Source: an uncultured Ruminococcus sp. (lineage in GTDB: Bacteria; Bacillota; Clostridia; Oscillospirales; Acutalibacteraceae). From it: DNA of 64,000 nt. This document shows, in pieces, positions 47,950 to 58,704 of this stretch. The stretch covers positions 21,181 to 85,180 of the forward strand of contig CATXZD010000011.1 of NCBI GenBank assembly GCA_958403905.1, read 5' to 3'. Position numbers and translations under genes: made by a program. Position 1 is the first letter of the stretch, and each line of letters opens with the position of its first letter. Below the pieces are notes generated by a model. That model was not told the origin of the DNA. It made no database searches and saw only the letters and a list, made by a program, of their open reading frames with translations.

Positions 47950-50114
47950 TCTTTGTTTTCTCCTTTTTTTATTGGTACAATAGGTGTTCCTACCGTTTTT
48001 GCATAGTCTGCTTTCATTGCGTTTTTCTGTTCTTTCAGTGCATGCTTTGAAAAATATTTCTGACAATTCAGCCGCTTTTTGCCGCGTTTGTCAACAAAGG
48101 TATAAGTCATATCGCTGTGCTGTTTACGTGCGTTTACGGTATCCTTGAACATAATATTCATTATGCCCTGAACACGCTCTTTGATGTCTTCGTCCTCAAC
48201 GGGGAATACAAGCTCAACTCGCTTGTCAAGATTTCTCGGCATCCAGTCGGCGCTTCCCATATAATACTGAGGATTTCCGTTGTTTTCAAAAATAAAAATT
48301 CTGCTGTGTTCCAATAGCTGACCGACAACCGAAATAACCCTGATGTTTTCGCTGAAGCCTTTAACGCCAGGCACAAGACAGCAGATTCCCCTTACAACAA
48401 GGTCAACCTTAACGCCTGCGTTTGATGCGTCATAAAGCAGGCTTATTATTTTCGGGTCAACAAGAGAATTAACCTTTGCCGTGATTTTTGCGTTAAGTCC
48501 GAGCTTTGCATTTTGTGTTTCGTTTATTATCATAGCCTCAAAAAAAGTTCTCATTCCGTGTGGGGCAACAATGAATTTGTTGTACTCGGGCGGGAAAGAG
48601 TAACCTGTAAGAACATTGAACAGCGAAGAAGCGTCAATGCCGTATTCTTCACGGCAGGTGAACATTCCTATATCGGTGTAAAAGCGTGCTGTGCTGTCGT
48701 TGTAGTTGCCTGTTCCCATATGCAGATAGCGCCTGATTCCGTCGTCATCACGGCGGACAACAAGGCAGATTTTGCAGTGGGTTTTAAGTCCCGTAAGTCC
48801 GTAAATAACGTGACAGCCGGCTTTTTCAAGCTTGTTTGCCCATTGAATGTTGTTTTCTTCATCAAATCTTGCTTTCAACTCAACAAGTACAGTAACCTGT
48901 TTGCCGTTTTCGCAAGCCTTGATAAGTGCCGCCACAATCGGGGAATTTCCGCTGACACGATAAAGCGTCTGCTTAATTGCAAGTACCTTAGGGTCGGCAG
49001 CCGCTTTTTTTACAAAGTTGACAACAACATCAAAGCTTTCATACGGGTGATGAACAAGTCTGTCCTTTTCACGGATAGCCTTGAAAATATCGTCATACCC
49101 GCAAAACTCGGCAGGTGGATTTACAGGTACAATCGGCTCAAAGCAGAGGTTTTCACACCCTTTTATGTGAGCAAACTTCGAAAGAAACGTAAGGTCAAGA
49201 GGTCCACGCTGAAAATATATCTCGTCCTCGCTGACTTCAAGCGCATTTATAAGGAAATTTCTGATTTCTTTATTGCATTTCTTGCTGAATTCAAGTCTTA
49301 CGGGAACGCCTCTTTTACGTTTGCGTATTGACTTTTTAATTTCAGCCATAAGATCCTCTGTGTCCTCGTCAATGTCAAGATCAGAGTCCCTTGTTATGCG
49401 AAACGCATCATATTCTTTAATGTTATAAAGCTCGAAAAGCTCGTTTAAGTATGCGGCAATTACTTTTTCCAGCAGAATGAACGCTCTGCCCTCGCGGGAG
49501 GGAAGCTCAAGAAATCTCGGCAGAATTGAAGGAACCTGAACTACTGCAAAAAATTCTTCGTTTTTTGCGTTGGTAAGTCTTAGCGCAATGTTCAGGCTTT
49601 TGTTTGCAAGCAAAGGAAACGGTCTGCTTGTGTCAACTGCCATAGGGGTAAGCACAGGAAAGGCTACCTTGTGAAAGTACTCGTCAATAAATGCTTTTTG
49701 ATTGCCGTCAAGCTCGTCAATATTCTTAAACGTTATTCCGTTTGCACGCAGTGACGGAATTATGGAACGATTATAGCAAGTGTATTGTTTTTTTGCAAAA
49801 TCGTGGATTTTTTCTGAAAGACGGTTCATAACTTCGATTGGAGTCAGTCCTGAAGCATCTTTGGATTTTACTCCATGATGAATCTGGTCAAGCACTCCTG
49901 CAACCCTTACCATAAAAAATTCGTCAAGGTTTGATGCGGTAATGGAAAGAAAGTTGCACCTTTCCATAATGGGATTATCCTTTTTTGTTGCCTCTTCAAG
50001 AACCCGCTTGTTAAAGTCAATCCAGCTTATCTCACGGTTATTGTATGGCATATTGTGCCATTGTGCCATTTGCTTTGATTTATCAATTTTTTTCTTATTA
50101 TCGTTTGTTGACAT
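47946..50114 (-). CDS. ppk1: Polyphosphate kinase 1
   Basis: NREISWIDFN.RVL, HHPYESF, ELKARFDE, KTHCK, GSADWMPRNL. Confidence 0.97.
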   Translation of the reverse strand: MSTNDNKKKIDKSKQMAQWHNMPYNNREISWIDFNKRVLEEATKKDNPIMERCNFLSITASNLDEFFMVRVAGVLDQIHHGVKSKDASGLTPIEVMNRLSEKIHDFAKKQYTCYNRSIIPSLRANGITFKNIDELDGNQKAFIDEYFHKVAFPVLTPMAVDTSRPFPLLANKSLNIALRLTNAKNEEFFAVVQVPSILPRFLELPSREGRAFILLEKVIAAYLNELFELYNIKEYDAFRITRDSDLDIDEDTEDLMAEIKKSIRKRKRGVPVRLEFSKKCNKEIRNFLINALEVSEDEIYFQRGPLDLTFLSKFAHIKGCENLCFEPIVPVNPPAEFCGYDDIFKAIREKDRLVHHPYESFDVVVNFVKKAAADPKVLAIKQTLYRVSGNSPIVAALIKACENGKQVTVLVELKARFDEENNIQWANKLEKAGCHVIYGLTGLKTHCKICLVVRRDDDGIRRYLHMGTGNYNDSTARFYTDIGMFTCREEYGIDASSLFNVLTGYSFPPEYNKFIVAPHGMRTFFEAMIINETQNAKLGLNAKITAKVNSLVDPKIISLLYDASNAGVKVDLVVRGICCLVPGVKGFSENIRVISVVGQLLEHSRIFIFENNGNPQYYMGSADWMPRNLDKRVELVFPVEDEDIKERVQGIMNIMFKDTVNARKQHSDMTYTFVDKRGKKRLNCQKYFSKHALKEQKNAMKADYAKTVGTPIVPIKKGENKE

Positions 50115-50327
50115 ATAAACACCGCCGAATATATATTATACAAATGTATATATAATTATTATATATCACAATTAATAATAATACAAGGTGATTAAGTGAA
50201 ATAAATGTGAAAATACACAAATTTTACGTTCATTTTACAAATAATTGCAAAATAAAAGCACAGTATAGCCTGTTAATCACAAGATATACTGTGCAAATTT
50301 TTAAGAAATCAGATTTTAAATGTAAAA

Positions 50328-51446
50328 TCAATATGTAAGATATTTTTGAATAGATGTTGTGTCCATAACCGTAATATAACCGTCAAAGTCAAAGTCGCAT
50401 TGTGCAATCTGTTTGTCTGTAAGCTCAATCTGACTGCTGATATACTGCTGAATCATTGTTGCATCAACGATTGTGATGTATCCGTCGCCGTTTACATCGC
50501 CGACACCGAGATTGTCGGCAGGCTTGCTGCCTGAACTTCCTGTTGGTTTAGTAGTCGGTTGAGTTGTTGCAGGAGCAGTTGTCGGTTGAGTTGTTGCAGG
50601 AGCAGTTGTCGGTTGAGTTGTTGGCTTCACGGTTGTTGGCTGAGTTGGTTTTGCAGTTGTAGGTTGAGTTACAGCGCCTACATAGATGCAATAATCCATA
50701 CACACCCATCCGCTCTGACCTTTGTAGGTTGTATAACCCCAGTTGTAAGCGGAATCAGATTTTACATTGGTTACGGTAATTTGTGTATTGCTCGGGATTG
50801 TGAGCAGTACGCTGTTGCCGGTACCTATTCCGCTTCTCATATTAAGAGCATCGGTTGTTTTATAAATTCCCGTTTTATATGTTATGGGGAGAGTTTCAGC
50901 TTGTCCGCCGCCGAAATCTCCTATGTAGATATATCCCTGAAAATTCCACCAGCTTGAGCCGCCTGCATTGGAGTCAGAGGTGTTTGCGTATGAAAGATAG
51001 AAATTTGAACCGCTCCATGCGGAGTTTGAGAATGTGATTTTCTCGTTTTCTATTTTCTCAACAACGGCAACGTGACCGCCTCCGCCATCATATGCCCAGC
51101 AGGCAATTGCGCCGAGCTTAGGGGTTTGTCCGTATTTGTAATAACCTTTTGACTTGTTGTAGCCGTACCAGTCTTCGGCATTACCCCATGAAAGCTTGGG
51201 TTCGGTTTTGAGAATTTCATAAGCTCTGCCGTATGCGTAAGCAGTACAGTTAGGCATACCGTAGCCGTATTTATAGAAAACATTTATATCGCTGTAATAA
51301 TATTTATTAGTTGACGAAGGAGCGGAAAGTCTTGGTGAAAAAGATGTAGCCGCATTTGCAAAAATCGACATTGAAAAAACTGATGTAAAAAGAATTGCAA
51401 CAGTAACAACTATCGCAGAAACTTTTTTTGTAATACGATACCTCAA
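50328..51446 (-). CDS. Secreted CHAP amidase + SH3b + Pro/Thr linker + dockerin
   Basis: NCTAYAYGR...GHVAVVE; ALNMRSG..WG...GWV; GDVNGDG..DAT.IQ / DFDFDG..D...IQ; TTG start after AGGAAGG. Confidence 0.88.
   Translation of the reverse strand: MRYRITKKVSAIVVTVAILFTSVFSMSIFANAATSFSPRLSAPSSTNKYYYSDINVFYKYGYGMPNCTAYAYGRAYEILKTEPKLSWGNAEDWYGYNKSKGYYKYGQTPKLGAIACWAYDGGGGHVAVVEKIENEKITFSNSAWSGSNFYLSYANTSDSNAGGSSWWNFQGYIYIGDFGGGQAETLPITYKTGIYKTTDALNMRSGIGTGNSVLLTIPSNTQITVTNVKSDSAYNWGYTTYKGQSGWVCMDYCIYVGAVTQPTTAKPTQPTTVKPTTQPTTAPATTQPTTAPATTQPTTKPTGSSGSKPADNLGVGDVNGDGYITIVDATMIQQYISSQIELTDKQIAQCDFDFDGYITVMDTTSIQKYLTY
50554..50623. repeat. 27-bp tandem repeat (about 2.6 copies) encoding the TTAPATTQP linker
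   Basis: gtcggttgagttgttgcaggagcagtt x2 plus a partial copy. Confidence 0.9.
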
Positions 51447-51756
51447 AAAAACACCTTCCTGATAAAATTTATTCAAATAACAATAAAATATTCTAAAAAC
51501 GAAAATTACTAAAATGTAATCTTTGTAATTTATTTTACCATATTGTAATAGAAAAATCAAAGTGAAATTGCACCGATAAAAGGTGCTTTTTAGATGTGAA
51601 TTTACAGCAATTTACACAATAAATTAAAAATAATGCACCGCTGAACAAATAGGATTGATTTAGCGGCGCATTGATAAATGTAATTCTAACTTTAGTTTGC
51701 TTTAGTCAGCACAAAAAATAAATCTGTCTGTGTGGATTTCAGCAATTATTAGTCGA

Positions 51757-54700
51757 TTATTCTACGCTTTTCAGGCTTTCTACCATATTTACATCCTTAA
51801 TTTTAAAGCTCATTACGGCATTTACAATAAGCGAGAACAGCATGGTAAAGCCTGCGGCAAAAATATAAGTTGTGGGGTAGATTACCCGTCCGAACATAAT
51901 ATTGTCAATTTCAACAGTGTGAACAATAAATGATGTGAGGAATATTCCGAGCACAAGACCGAATATTATGCCAAGCAGGGTTAGCACAATGTTTTCTTTA
52001 TAGATGAAAGACGAGGTTTCTTTGTTGTTAAAGCCGAGAACCTTAAAGGTTGCAATTTCACGCACACGTTCGGCTATGTTGATGTTTGTAAGGTTGTACA
52101 GCACAACGAACGCAAGAGCTGCCGCGCATATTATCATAACAAGCACAACAAGGTTGAGTGAGTTGAGCATATTTTTAAATTCTTCAAGGCTTGACGCAAT
52201 GAATGAAACTGCCGCAACTCTGTCGTCCTTTAAAATTTCAGAGCTGAAGCTTTCCTGTGCAGTCTGAGAATTATCCTTTAGCTTGACATCAAGTATGTTG
52301 TACGACGGATTTTTGCCGTATAGAGTGTTGTACAGCGTTGGCGTCATATAAATGTAATTTTGCAGATACTGCTCAAATATTCCGCAAACCGTTGCTTCAT
52401 TTTCGCCGAATTCTCCGCTTACCTTAATTGTATCGCCAGTTTTTATGCCGAACTCCTCCGACAGCTTTTCGTTAATAAGAACGCCGTTGTCGGTAAGGGC
52501 AAGCTCTTCATTACCAGTGCGTGTGTGAAGCGAGATGATTGAGTTAAGCTTTTCAGAATTTTGAACAACGGTGAGATATGTACTTTCGTTCTTTATTTTA
52601 CCGTTAAATTCAACGGTTGCATCCTCCTGAGAAGTAAGCATAAAATTGCTGACATTTTCTTTGTTTTCAACCTCAGAAACAAGGTAGTCAAGTTCTTCTT
52701 GCGTACCGCTTTCTTTTGGTACAATTACTGCGTCGTACTTATAAATTGTTTCAAACTGGTCTTTGGTTAGTGGGTCAAAGCTGTTTAATAGCCCGAATGC
52801 CGCAACAATAAGCGCCGTACAGCCTGCAACACCGATAACCGTCATACAAAGCCTTGATTTGTACCTGAACAAATTTCTTGCCGTCAGCTTTGCGGTAAAG
52901 CTGAAACGATTCCACAGTGGAGTAATATATTCAAGCAAAATACGCTTGCCGGGCTTGGGAGCCTTTGGACGCATAGCCTCGGCAGGCTTGTGTGACAGCG
53001 ATCGCATACAAACGACTACCGAAATAACCGTGGTACACAAAACTGCTGCGGTAATACCGAGAACAATGCTTGCAACGTTAAGCACAAGCGATATATCGCC
53101 TATGTAGTACATAATCTTGTAGGCATTGAAGATGATGAACGGAAGTGTGCATACTCCGATTATTGTGCCGATTACACTGCCGATAATTGCGGCGATAAGC
53201 GCATAAATTACAAATTTGGCAACGATACTTATATTGCTGTAGCCGAGAGCCTTAAAAGTGGCAATTTCGGTTCGTTTTTCTTCAATAAGCCTAGTCATAG
53301 TCGTTACGCAGACCAGCACGGCTACAAGCAGAAAAAACACGGGGAATACAGAAGCAACTGCATCGAGTCTGTCGGCATTCTGCGAAAACGAGGAGTAACC
53401 GGGGTTGTCGTCACGTGTAAATACGTACCATTCGGGAGAGGATATTTTGTCAAGTTTCTCTTGTGCATTGTTTATTTCTTCTTCAGCTTCGGCAAATTTT
53501 TTATCTGCCTTTGACTTTTCTTTGTCGTACTCCTTTTGAGCGTCATCCAGCTTTTGCTGACCATCGGTCTTTTGTGTTTCAAGCTCTTTTAGTCCGTTGT
53601 CGTATTGCGACTGAGCAGAATTCAGACTGTTTTCTGCTTCAGCAAGCTTATTGTAGCCATCTCTTTTTTGCGTTTCAAGCTCGGATTTTCCGTTTTTTAG
53701 TGCAGCTTTGCCGTTTTCGATTTGCGCGAGTGCCAAGTCAAGCTGTTGTTGACCTTCACTCTTTTTGAGGTCAAGTTCAGCCTGCGCCGAGTTAAGGGTT
53801 GATTCGGTTTCTTCAAACTGCGAAAGAGCCTGACTGTATTGCAGACTAAGATTATCAAGCGTTTGTTGTGCCTGTTCAAGCTGTGCGTTAAGTATGCTCT
53901 GAACATCGGGATTAGTTTCAACTGCAATTGCGGTTTTCAATGAGTCAACTGCTAACTGTGCCTGCTCAATTCCTGCAAGAAGCTGAGGCTCCTGCGTGTT
54001 TTTAAACTCATTGTACGCTGTTTCATATTCGGCTTTGCCGTTATTGATTTCGTTTTGAGCAGAAGTTATTTGAGAGTCAAAATCTGATTTCGATTTATTG
54101 TATTCGTTTTCGGCATTTTTAAGCTGTGTTTCCTGCTTGCTGATTTCGTTTTCGGCGTAGGCAATTTTGGAATAATACTCGTTTTTTGAACTTTCAAGTT
54201 CATTCCTTCCACTTTCGATTTGTGTTTTTGCGCTGTCAAACTCATTTTGAGCGGCTGAGATTTTTTCGTCAAATTCCTTTTTCGATTCGTTGATTTTATC
54301 TTTTGCATCGTCTAATTGCTTTTCAGCCTTTGATTTCTTGTCGCTGTACTCGTTTTTTGTATCTTCAAGCTCATCTTTTGATTTTTCAATTACATCTTTA
54401 TTAAATACCTCGCATTGTGCTTTTGCTGTTTTTTCAAGAGTTTTTGCAAAGGTTTCGGAATTTTTTTCATAGTCATTAGAAAAAGCAGAATATTTTTCGG
54501 AAAAATCCGCCTTTACATAAAGTTCAGTATAGCGTTCGGCTTTAAAGCAGTCCTGACCTATATACATATATTCGGAAATTTTGCCGTTCCCTATGTTTGT
54601 TGTGCCCCTCTCATAGGATATGTAGAGAGGAGAATTCACCAATCCTACAACTGTGTATTCAAGACAGTTAAGCTGTTCTGTCAGGTCTGAGTCGCCTGCT

Positions 54701-55176
54701 TTTTTAGACAGTGTGATTTTATCGCCGATTTTATACCGTGTACCCGACATTGAGTCGTGCTCAACAAGTATTTCATTTGGCTTTTCGGGCATTCTGCCTT
54801 CTTTTAAAACAAGCGAATTTAACTCAGCGTTCCCATTGTATTTTTTGGGCACGGCAATAAGCCTAACTACATTTCCTCCGCTTTCGGCAGAAAGCTGTGC
54901 GTCGGAGAAATACGACGGCATAACAAATGATATACCTTCGGTTTTTTCGACAGCTTTAATATCGTCCTCATCAAAGCCGACAGTGGAAACGAGCCTGTAG
55001 TCCATAAGGTTTTGCTCGTTGTAGTAGCTCTCGGCAAGATTGTACATTGACGGAACGGTAGCCTTTATTCCTGCGAAGAAACCTACGCCGAGCGCAATTA
55101 TAGCCATAATAGAAATAAAGCGTGCTTTGGAGTTTTTTATTTCACGAAACGTGTTTTTAAGGAGTGATTTTGTCAT
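51757..55176 (-). CDS. FtsX/MacB-like ABC permease with long coiled-coil
   Basis: Two FtsX-type membrane regions (R.EIATFK.LG twice) and a central coiled-coil. Confidence 0.92.
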   Translation of the reverse strand: MTKSLLKNTFREIKNSKARFISIMAIIALGVGFFAGIKATVPSMYNLAESYYNEQNLMDYRLVSTVGFDEDDIKAVEKTEGISFVMPSYFSDAQLSAESGGNVVRLIAVPKKYNGNAELNSLVLKEGRMPEKPNEILVEHDSMSGTRYKIGDKITLSKKAGDSDLTEQLNCLEYTVVGLVNSPLYISYERGTTNIGNGKISEYMYIGQDCFKAERYTELYVKADFSEKYSAFSNDYEKNSETFAKTLEKTAKAQCEVFNKDVIEKSKDELEDTKNEYSDKKSKAEKQLDDAKDKINESKKEFDEKISAAQNEFDSAKTQIESGRNELESSKNEYYSKIAYAENEISKQETQLKNAENEYNKSKSDFDSQITSAQNEINNGKAEYETAYNEFKNTQEPQLLAGIEQAQLAVDSLKTAIAVETNPDVQSILNAQLEQAQQTLDNLSLQYSQALSQFEETESTLNSAQAELDLKKSEGQQQLDLALAQIENGKAALKNGKSELETQKRDGYNKLAEAENSLNSAQSQYDNGLKELETQKTDGQQKLDDAQKEYDKEKSKADKKFAEAEEEINNAQEKLDKISSPEWYVFTRDDNPGYSSFSQNADRLDAVASVFPVFFLLVAVLVCVTTMTRLIEEKRTEIATFKALGYSNISIVAKFVIYALIAAIIGSVIGTIIGVCTLPFIIFNAYKIMYYIGDISLVLNVASIVLGITAAVLCTTVISVVVCMRSLSHKPAEAMRPKAPKPGKRILLEYITPLWNRFSFTAKLTARNLFRYKSRLCMTVIGVAGCTALIVAAFGLLNSFDPLTKDQFETIYKYDAVIVPKESGTQEELDYLVSEVENKENVSNFMLTSQEDATVEFNGKIKNESTYLTVVQNSEKLNSIISLHTRTGNEELALTDNGVLINEKLSEEFGIKTGDTIKVSGEFGENEATVCGIFEQYLQNYIYMTPTLYNTLYGKNPSYNILDVKLKDNSQTAQESFSSEILKDDRVAAVSFIASSLEEFKNMLNSLNLVVLVMIICAAALAFVVLYNLTNINIAERVREIATFKVLGFNNKETSSFIYKENIVLTLLGIIFGLVLGIFLTSFIVHTVEIDNIMFGRVIYPTTYIFAAGFTMLFSLIVNAVMSFKIKDVNMVESLKSVE

Positions 55177-55198
55177 TACAGGTTGCCTTCCTTAACGT

Positions 55199-55900
55199 TT
55201 ACCATTCAATTTCATCTATGCTCTTTGGCTTTTCGTTATAAATATCTCTTACGATTTTACCGCTTTTCATCTCAATTACATGATCTGCTATGGGTGTGAT
55301 TGCGCTGTTGTGGGTGATAAGTACAACGGTCATTTTATCCTTTTTGCAGGTGTTTTGCAGGAGCTTTAAAATTTGTCTGCCTGTGTTGTAGTCAAGCGCA
55401 CCTGTCGGCTCGTCGCAAAGCAAAAGTCCCGGACGCTTTGCAAGTGCTCGTGCAATTGAAACTCTCTGTTGTTCACCGCCCGAAAGCTGAGCAGGGAAGT
55501 TGTCTTTTCTGTCTAAAAGCCCTACGCTTTCAAGAGCTTTTTCACTGTCGAGAGGATTTTTGCAAATCTGTGCCGCAAGCTCTACGTTCTCCTTGGCGGT
55601 GAGGTTGTGAACAAGATTGTAGAACTGGAACACAAAGCCTATGTCAAATCTTCGGTATTCAATGAGTTGTTTGTCGTTGAACTTGCTTATGTCCCTGCCC
55701 TTGACAACTATTTCTCCCTCGGTACAGTTGTCCATACCACCGAGGATATTCAGCACCGTTGTTTTGCCTGCACCCGATGCACCCACAACAATTGCAAATT
55801 CTCCCTGTTCAATTTTAAAGGAGATTCCGTCAACGGCGTTTATTGTAATTTCGCCCATTTTGTAGCGTTTATATACATTTTTAAATTCAACAAGACTCAT
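55199..55900 (-). CDS. ABC transporter ATP-binding protein (LolD-like)
   Basis: [25 protein letters not shown]. Confidence 0.95.
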   Translation of the reverse strand: MSLVEFKNVYKRYKMGEITINAVDGISFKIEQGEFAIVVGASGAGKTTVLNILGGMDNCTEGEIVVKGRDISKFNDKQLIEYRRFDIGFVFQFYNLVHNLTAKENVELAAQICKNPLDSEKALESVGLLDRKDNFPAQLSGGEQQRVSIARALAKRPGLLLCDEPTGALDYNTGRQILKLLQNTCKKDKMTVVLITHNSAITPIADHVIEMKSGKIVRDIYNEKPKSIDEIEW

Positions 55901-56057
55901 ATAAATCACCCGTTTTATATGTAGATTTATTTATATAATTATACCATTTTAAGCATTTCTTATCAATAGATTTTAATACATAAATGCACATATTAACTGA
56001 TAAATGTATAAAAAACGGGCAGTCATTTGACTGCCCGAAAATTAGTTTTATTTTATA

Positions 56058-57263
56058 TTAATCAAAGAATTTTGCGTGAATTGCAGAAACTGCCTTGTCA
56101 GCGTCAGCAGCGTCGATAAGAACGGAAACCTTAATTTCACTTGTGCTTATCATCTGAATGTTAATCTGTGCGTCATAAAGAGCCTCAAACATTTTTGTAG
56201 CAACGCCTGCGTGGCTTTCCATACCTGCACCTACGATTGAAATTTTTGCAACATTGTCATCATAGAGAACTTCGGCTGCGCCGAGGTTTTCCATATAATC
56301 TTTAAGACAATCAACAGTTTCCTGTCCTCTGTCCTTTGCTACTGTAAAGCTGATGTCCTTTTTGCCGTCGTGACCGATAGACTGTAGGATAATATCAACA
56401 TTAATATCTTTTGCAGAAAGCTTTGAGAACATTTTAAAAGCAAGACCGGGAAGGTTGGGGATACCCGTAACAGAAACTCTTGCTACCTCTGTATCTTTAG
56501 CAACACCGCTGATTAACATTTTCTCCATTTTTGTTTTCTCCTTTACTATTGTGCCCGAAGCCTTAGCCATACTCGAAAGTACTTCAAGCTCGATATTATA
56601 TTTTTTAGCCATCTCAACCGAACGATTGTTAAGAACCTGAGCTCCGAGTGTGGCAAGCTCAAGCATTTCATCATAGGAAATTTCCTTTAGTTTTTTAGCA
56701 TTTTTGACTTTTCGGGGATCAGCTGTGTAAACACCCTCAACATCTGTGTAAATCTGGCATAAGTCAGCGTGCATTGCAGCGGCAATAGCAACTGCGCTTG
56801 TGTCCGAGCCGCCTCTGCCGAGTGTTGTAATGTCGCCGTATTTGGAAATTCCCTGGAATCCTGCAACTACAACAATATTCTTCTTGTCAAGCTCACGTCT
56901 GATTCTTGAAGCCTCAACTCTTTTGATTCTTGCGCTTGTGTGAGCAGAAGTTGTTTCAAAGCCTGCCTGCCAGCCGAGCAGGGAAACTGCGTGGTAGCCA
57001 AGCTTTTCAATTGCCATTGCAAGAAGTGAAATTGAAATCTGCTCGCCCGCAGCAAGAAGCATATCCTTTTCACGACGGGTTGCGTTGGGGTTAATCTCCT
57101 GCGCTTTTTCGATAAGGTCATCTGTGGTGTCACCCTGTGCAGATACAACAACTACAACGTCGTTGCCCTTTGCAAAGGTGTCCGTTACGATTCTCGCAAC
57201 GTTCATTACACGCTCTGCGTCGGCAACAGAGCTGCCGCCGAATTTCTGAACTATCAAACTCAT
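56058..57263 (-). CDS. lysC: Aspartate kinase
   Basis: VQKFGGSSV, TLGRGGSDTSA, YTDVEGVYTADPR, two ACT domains. Confidence 0.95.
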   Translation of the reverse strand: MSLIVQKFGGSSVADAERVMNVARIVTDTFAKGNDVVVVVSAQGDTTDDLIEKAQEINPNATRREKDMLLAAGEQISISLLAMAIEKLGYHAVSLLGWQAGFETTSAHTSARIKRVEASRIRRELDKKNIVVVAGFQGISKYGDITTLGRGGSDTSAVAIAAAMHADLCQIYTDVEGVYTADPRKVKNAKKLKEISYDEMLELATLGAQVLNNRSVEMAKKYNIELEVLSSMAKASGTIVKEKTKMEKMLISGVAKDTEVARVSVTGIPNLPGLAFKMFSKLSAKDINVDIILQSIGHDGKKDISFTVAKDRGQETVDCLKDYMENLGAAEVLYDDNVAKISIVGAGMESHAGVATKMFEALYDAQINIQMISTSEIKVSVLIDAADADKAVSAIHAKFFD

Positions 57264-57404
57264 TTACTCAATACTCCTCTTTAGTTATTTTATAGGAAAT
57301 TGCTCCGATAGAGTCGGGCAAAATAGTTTAAGCAATATACATAATTTTGCTCGCGCGCCAGCTTAAGCACATCACTTAACTGTGCGTAGAGCTGATTTGC
57401 TTTA

Positions 57405-58640
57405 TTATAAATCGCCTATGCGGATTGTTGAAAGAACTTCAACGCCCTCGTTTTTGAGCGTTTCAATTTTCTCAATAATTTCTCCGTAGGACATTTCTGT
57501 TGTAACAAATGCCGATTCGTCAGCGCAAACGTCATCTCTCTTTATTACGCTGATTGCGCCGAAAATACTTTCCGCCTTATTAAGAGCATTTTCACCCTTG
57601 GTGCGAACGTAAACGGCTGTTTTTGAATCTGTGTAGGGAATGATGTTACTATCATTTCCATCTGCCCAGAAAAGATATTTTCTGGTTTTAAGGTGCTTGC
57701 AGCAGTCAACAACATCTGCAACAACTGCGCTTGCTGTTGGCAACTTGCCTGCGCCCTTACCGTAAAATACTACATCGCCTGTGCAGTCGCCCCTTACCAT
57801 AATTCCGTTGAACTCATTGTCAATGTTTGCAAGCTGGCTTGTGTTCGGAATAAACATAGGAGCAACAAGAATATCAATTTTACCGTCGTCAAGGCGCTTA
57901 ACCTTACCGATAAGCTTGATTACACAGTTGAATGCTTCGGCATACTTTACGTCCTCAAGGGTAATTTTTGTAATACCGTCGGTATGTACCGAATCGGGAT
58001 ATACGTGCTTGCCGAATGCAAGGGAAGCAAGAATACAAATCTTGCGACAAGCATCGTGACCCTCAATGTCGGCTGCGGGATTTCTTTCTGCAAAGCCGAG
58101 GTCCTGAGCAAGCTTTAATGCGTCCTCAAACTGCATACCGTCTTCTATCATTTTAGTAAGAATAAAGTTGGTTGTGCCGTTTAAGATACCTGCAATTTCA
58201 TTAACGATGTTAGCTACAAGGCACTGGCTCATAGGACGGATAATCGGAATACCGCCGCCTACCGACGCCTCAAAAAGGAAGTTTACGTTTTCTTCCTTTG
58301 CTATTGCAAGAAGTTCTGCACCGTGAGCGGCAACAAGCTCCTTGTTTGAGGTTACAACGCTTTTGCCTGCCTTTAAGCACTGCTTTACAAAGTCATAGGC
58401 AGGATTTAAACCGCCCATAACTTCAACAACTACTCTTACCTCACGGTCATTGATAATGTCGTTAAAGTCCTTTGTAAATCTGTCAGCAAGAGGACTGTCG
58501 GGAAATTCACGCAAATCAAGGATATGCTTGATGTAAATTTCCTCGCCAAGGCTTGCAAAAAGCTTCTGTTTGTGTGTTGTGATGATTTCGGCTACGCCCG
58601 AGCCTACAACTCCATGTCCCATTATTGCTACTGAAACCAT
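57405..58640 (-). CDS. hom: Homoserine dehydrogenase
   Basis: GHGVVGSG, VVTSNK, EASVGGGIP, LNGTTNFIL, YGKGAGKLPTASAV. Confidence 0.96.
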   Translation of the reverse strand: MVSVAIMGHGVVGSGVAEIITTHKQKLFASLGEEIYIKHILDLREFPDSPLADRFTKDFNDIINDREVRVVVEVMGGLNPAYDFVKQCLKAGKSVVTSNKELVAAHGAELLAIAKEENVNFLFEASVGGGIPIIRPMSQCLVANIVNEIAGILNGTTNFILTKMIEDGMQFEDALKLAQDLGFAERNPAADIEGHDACRKICILASLAFGKHVYPDSVHTDGITKITLEDVKYAEAFNCVIKLIGKVKRLDDGKIDILVAPMFIPNTSQLANIDNEFNGIMVRGDCTGDVVFYGKGAGKLPTASAVVADVVDCCKHLKTRKYLFWADGNDSNIIPYTDSKTAVYVRTKGENALNKAESIFGAISVIKRDDVCADESAFVTTEMSYGEIIEKIETLKNEGVEVLSTIRIGDL

Positions 58641-58704
58641 ATCTTTACCTAACCTTTCAGATTATTTATATTATAAAAATGTTTATTTTTTAACCAAACT
58701 CTCG

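Noticed and set aside
48513..49331. 272-aa ORF antisense to ppk1 and similar antisense ORFs across the window
   Set aside because: Fully overlap well-supported genes, with no RBS or recognisable motifs.
58641..58704. Lysine riboswitch or T-box for hom-lysC
   Set aside because: The gap is only 64 bp of AT-rich sequence with no aptamer-like structure.
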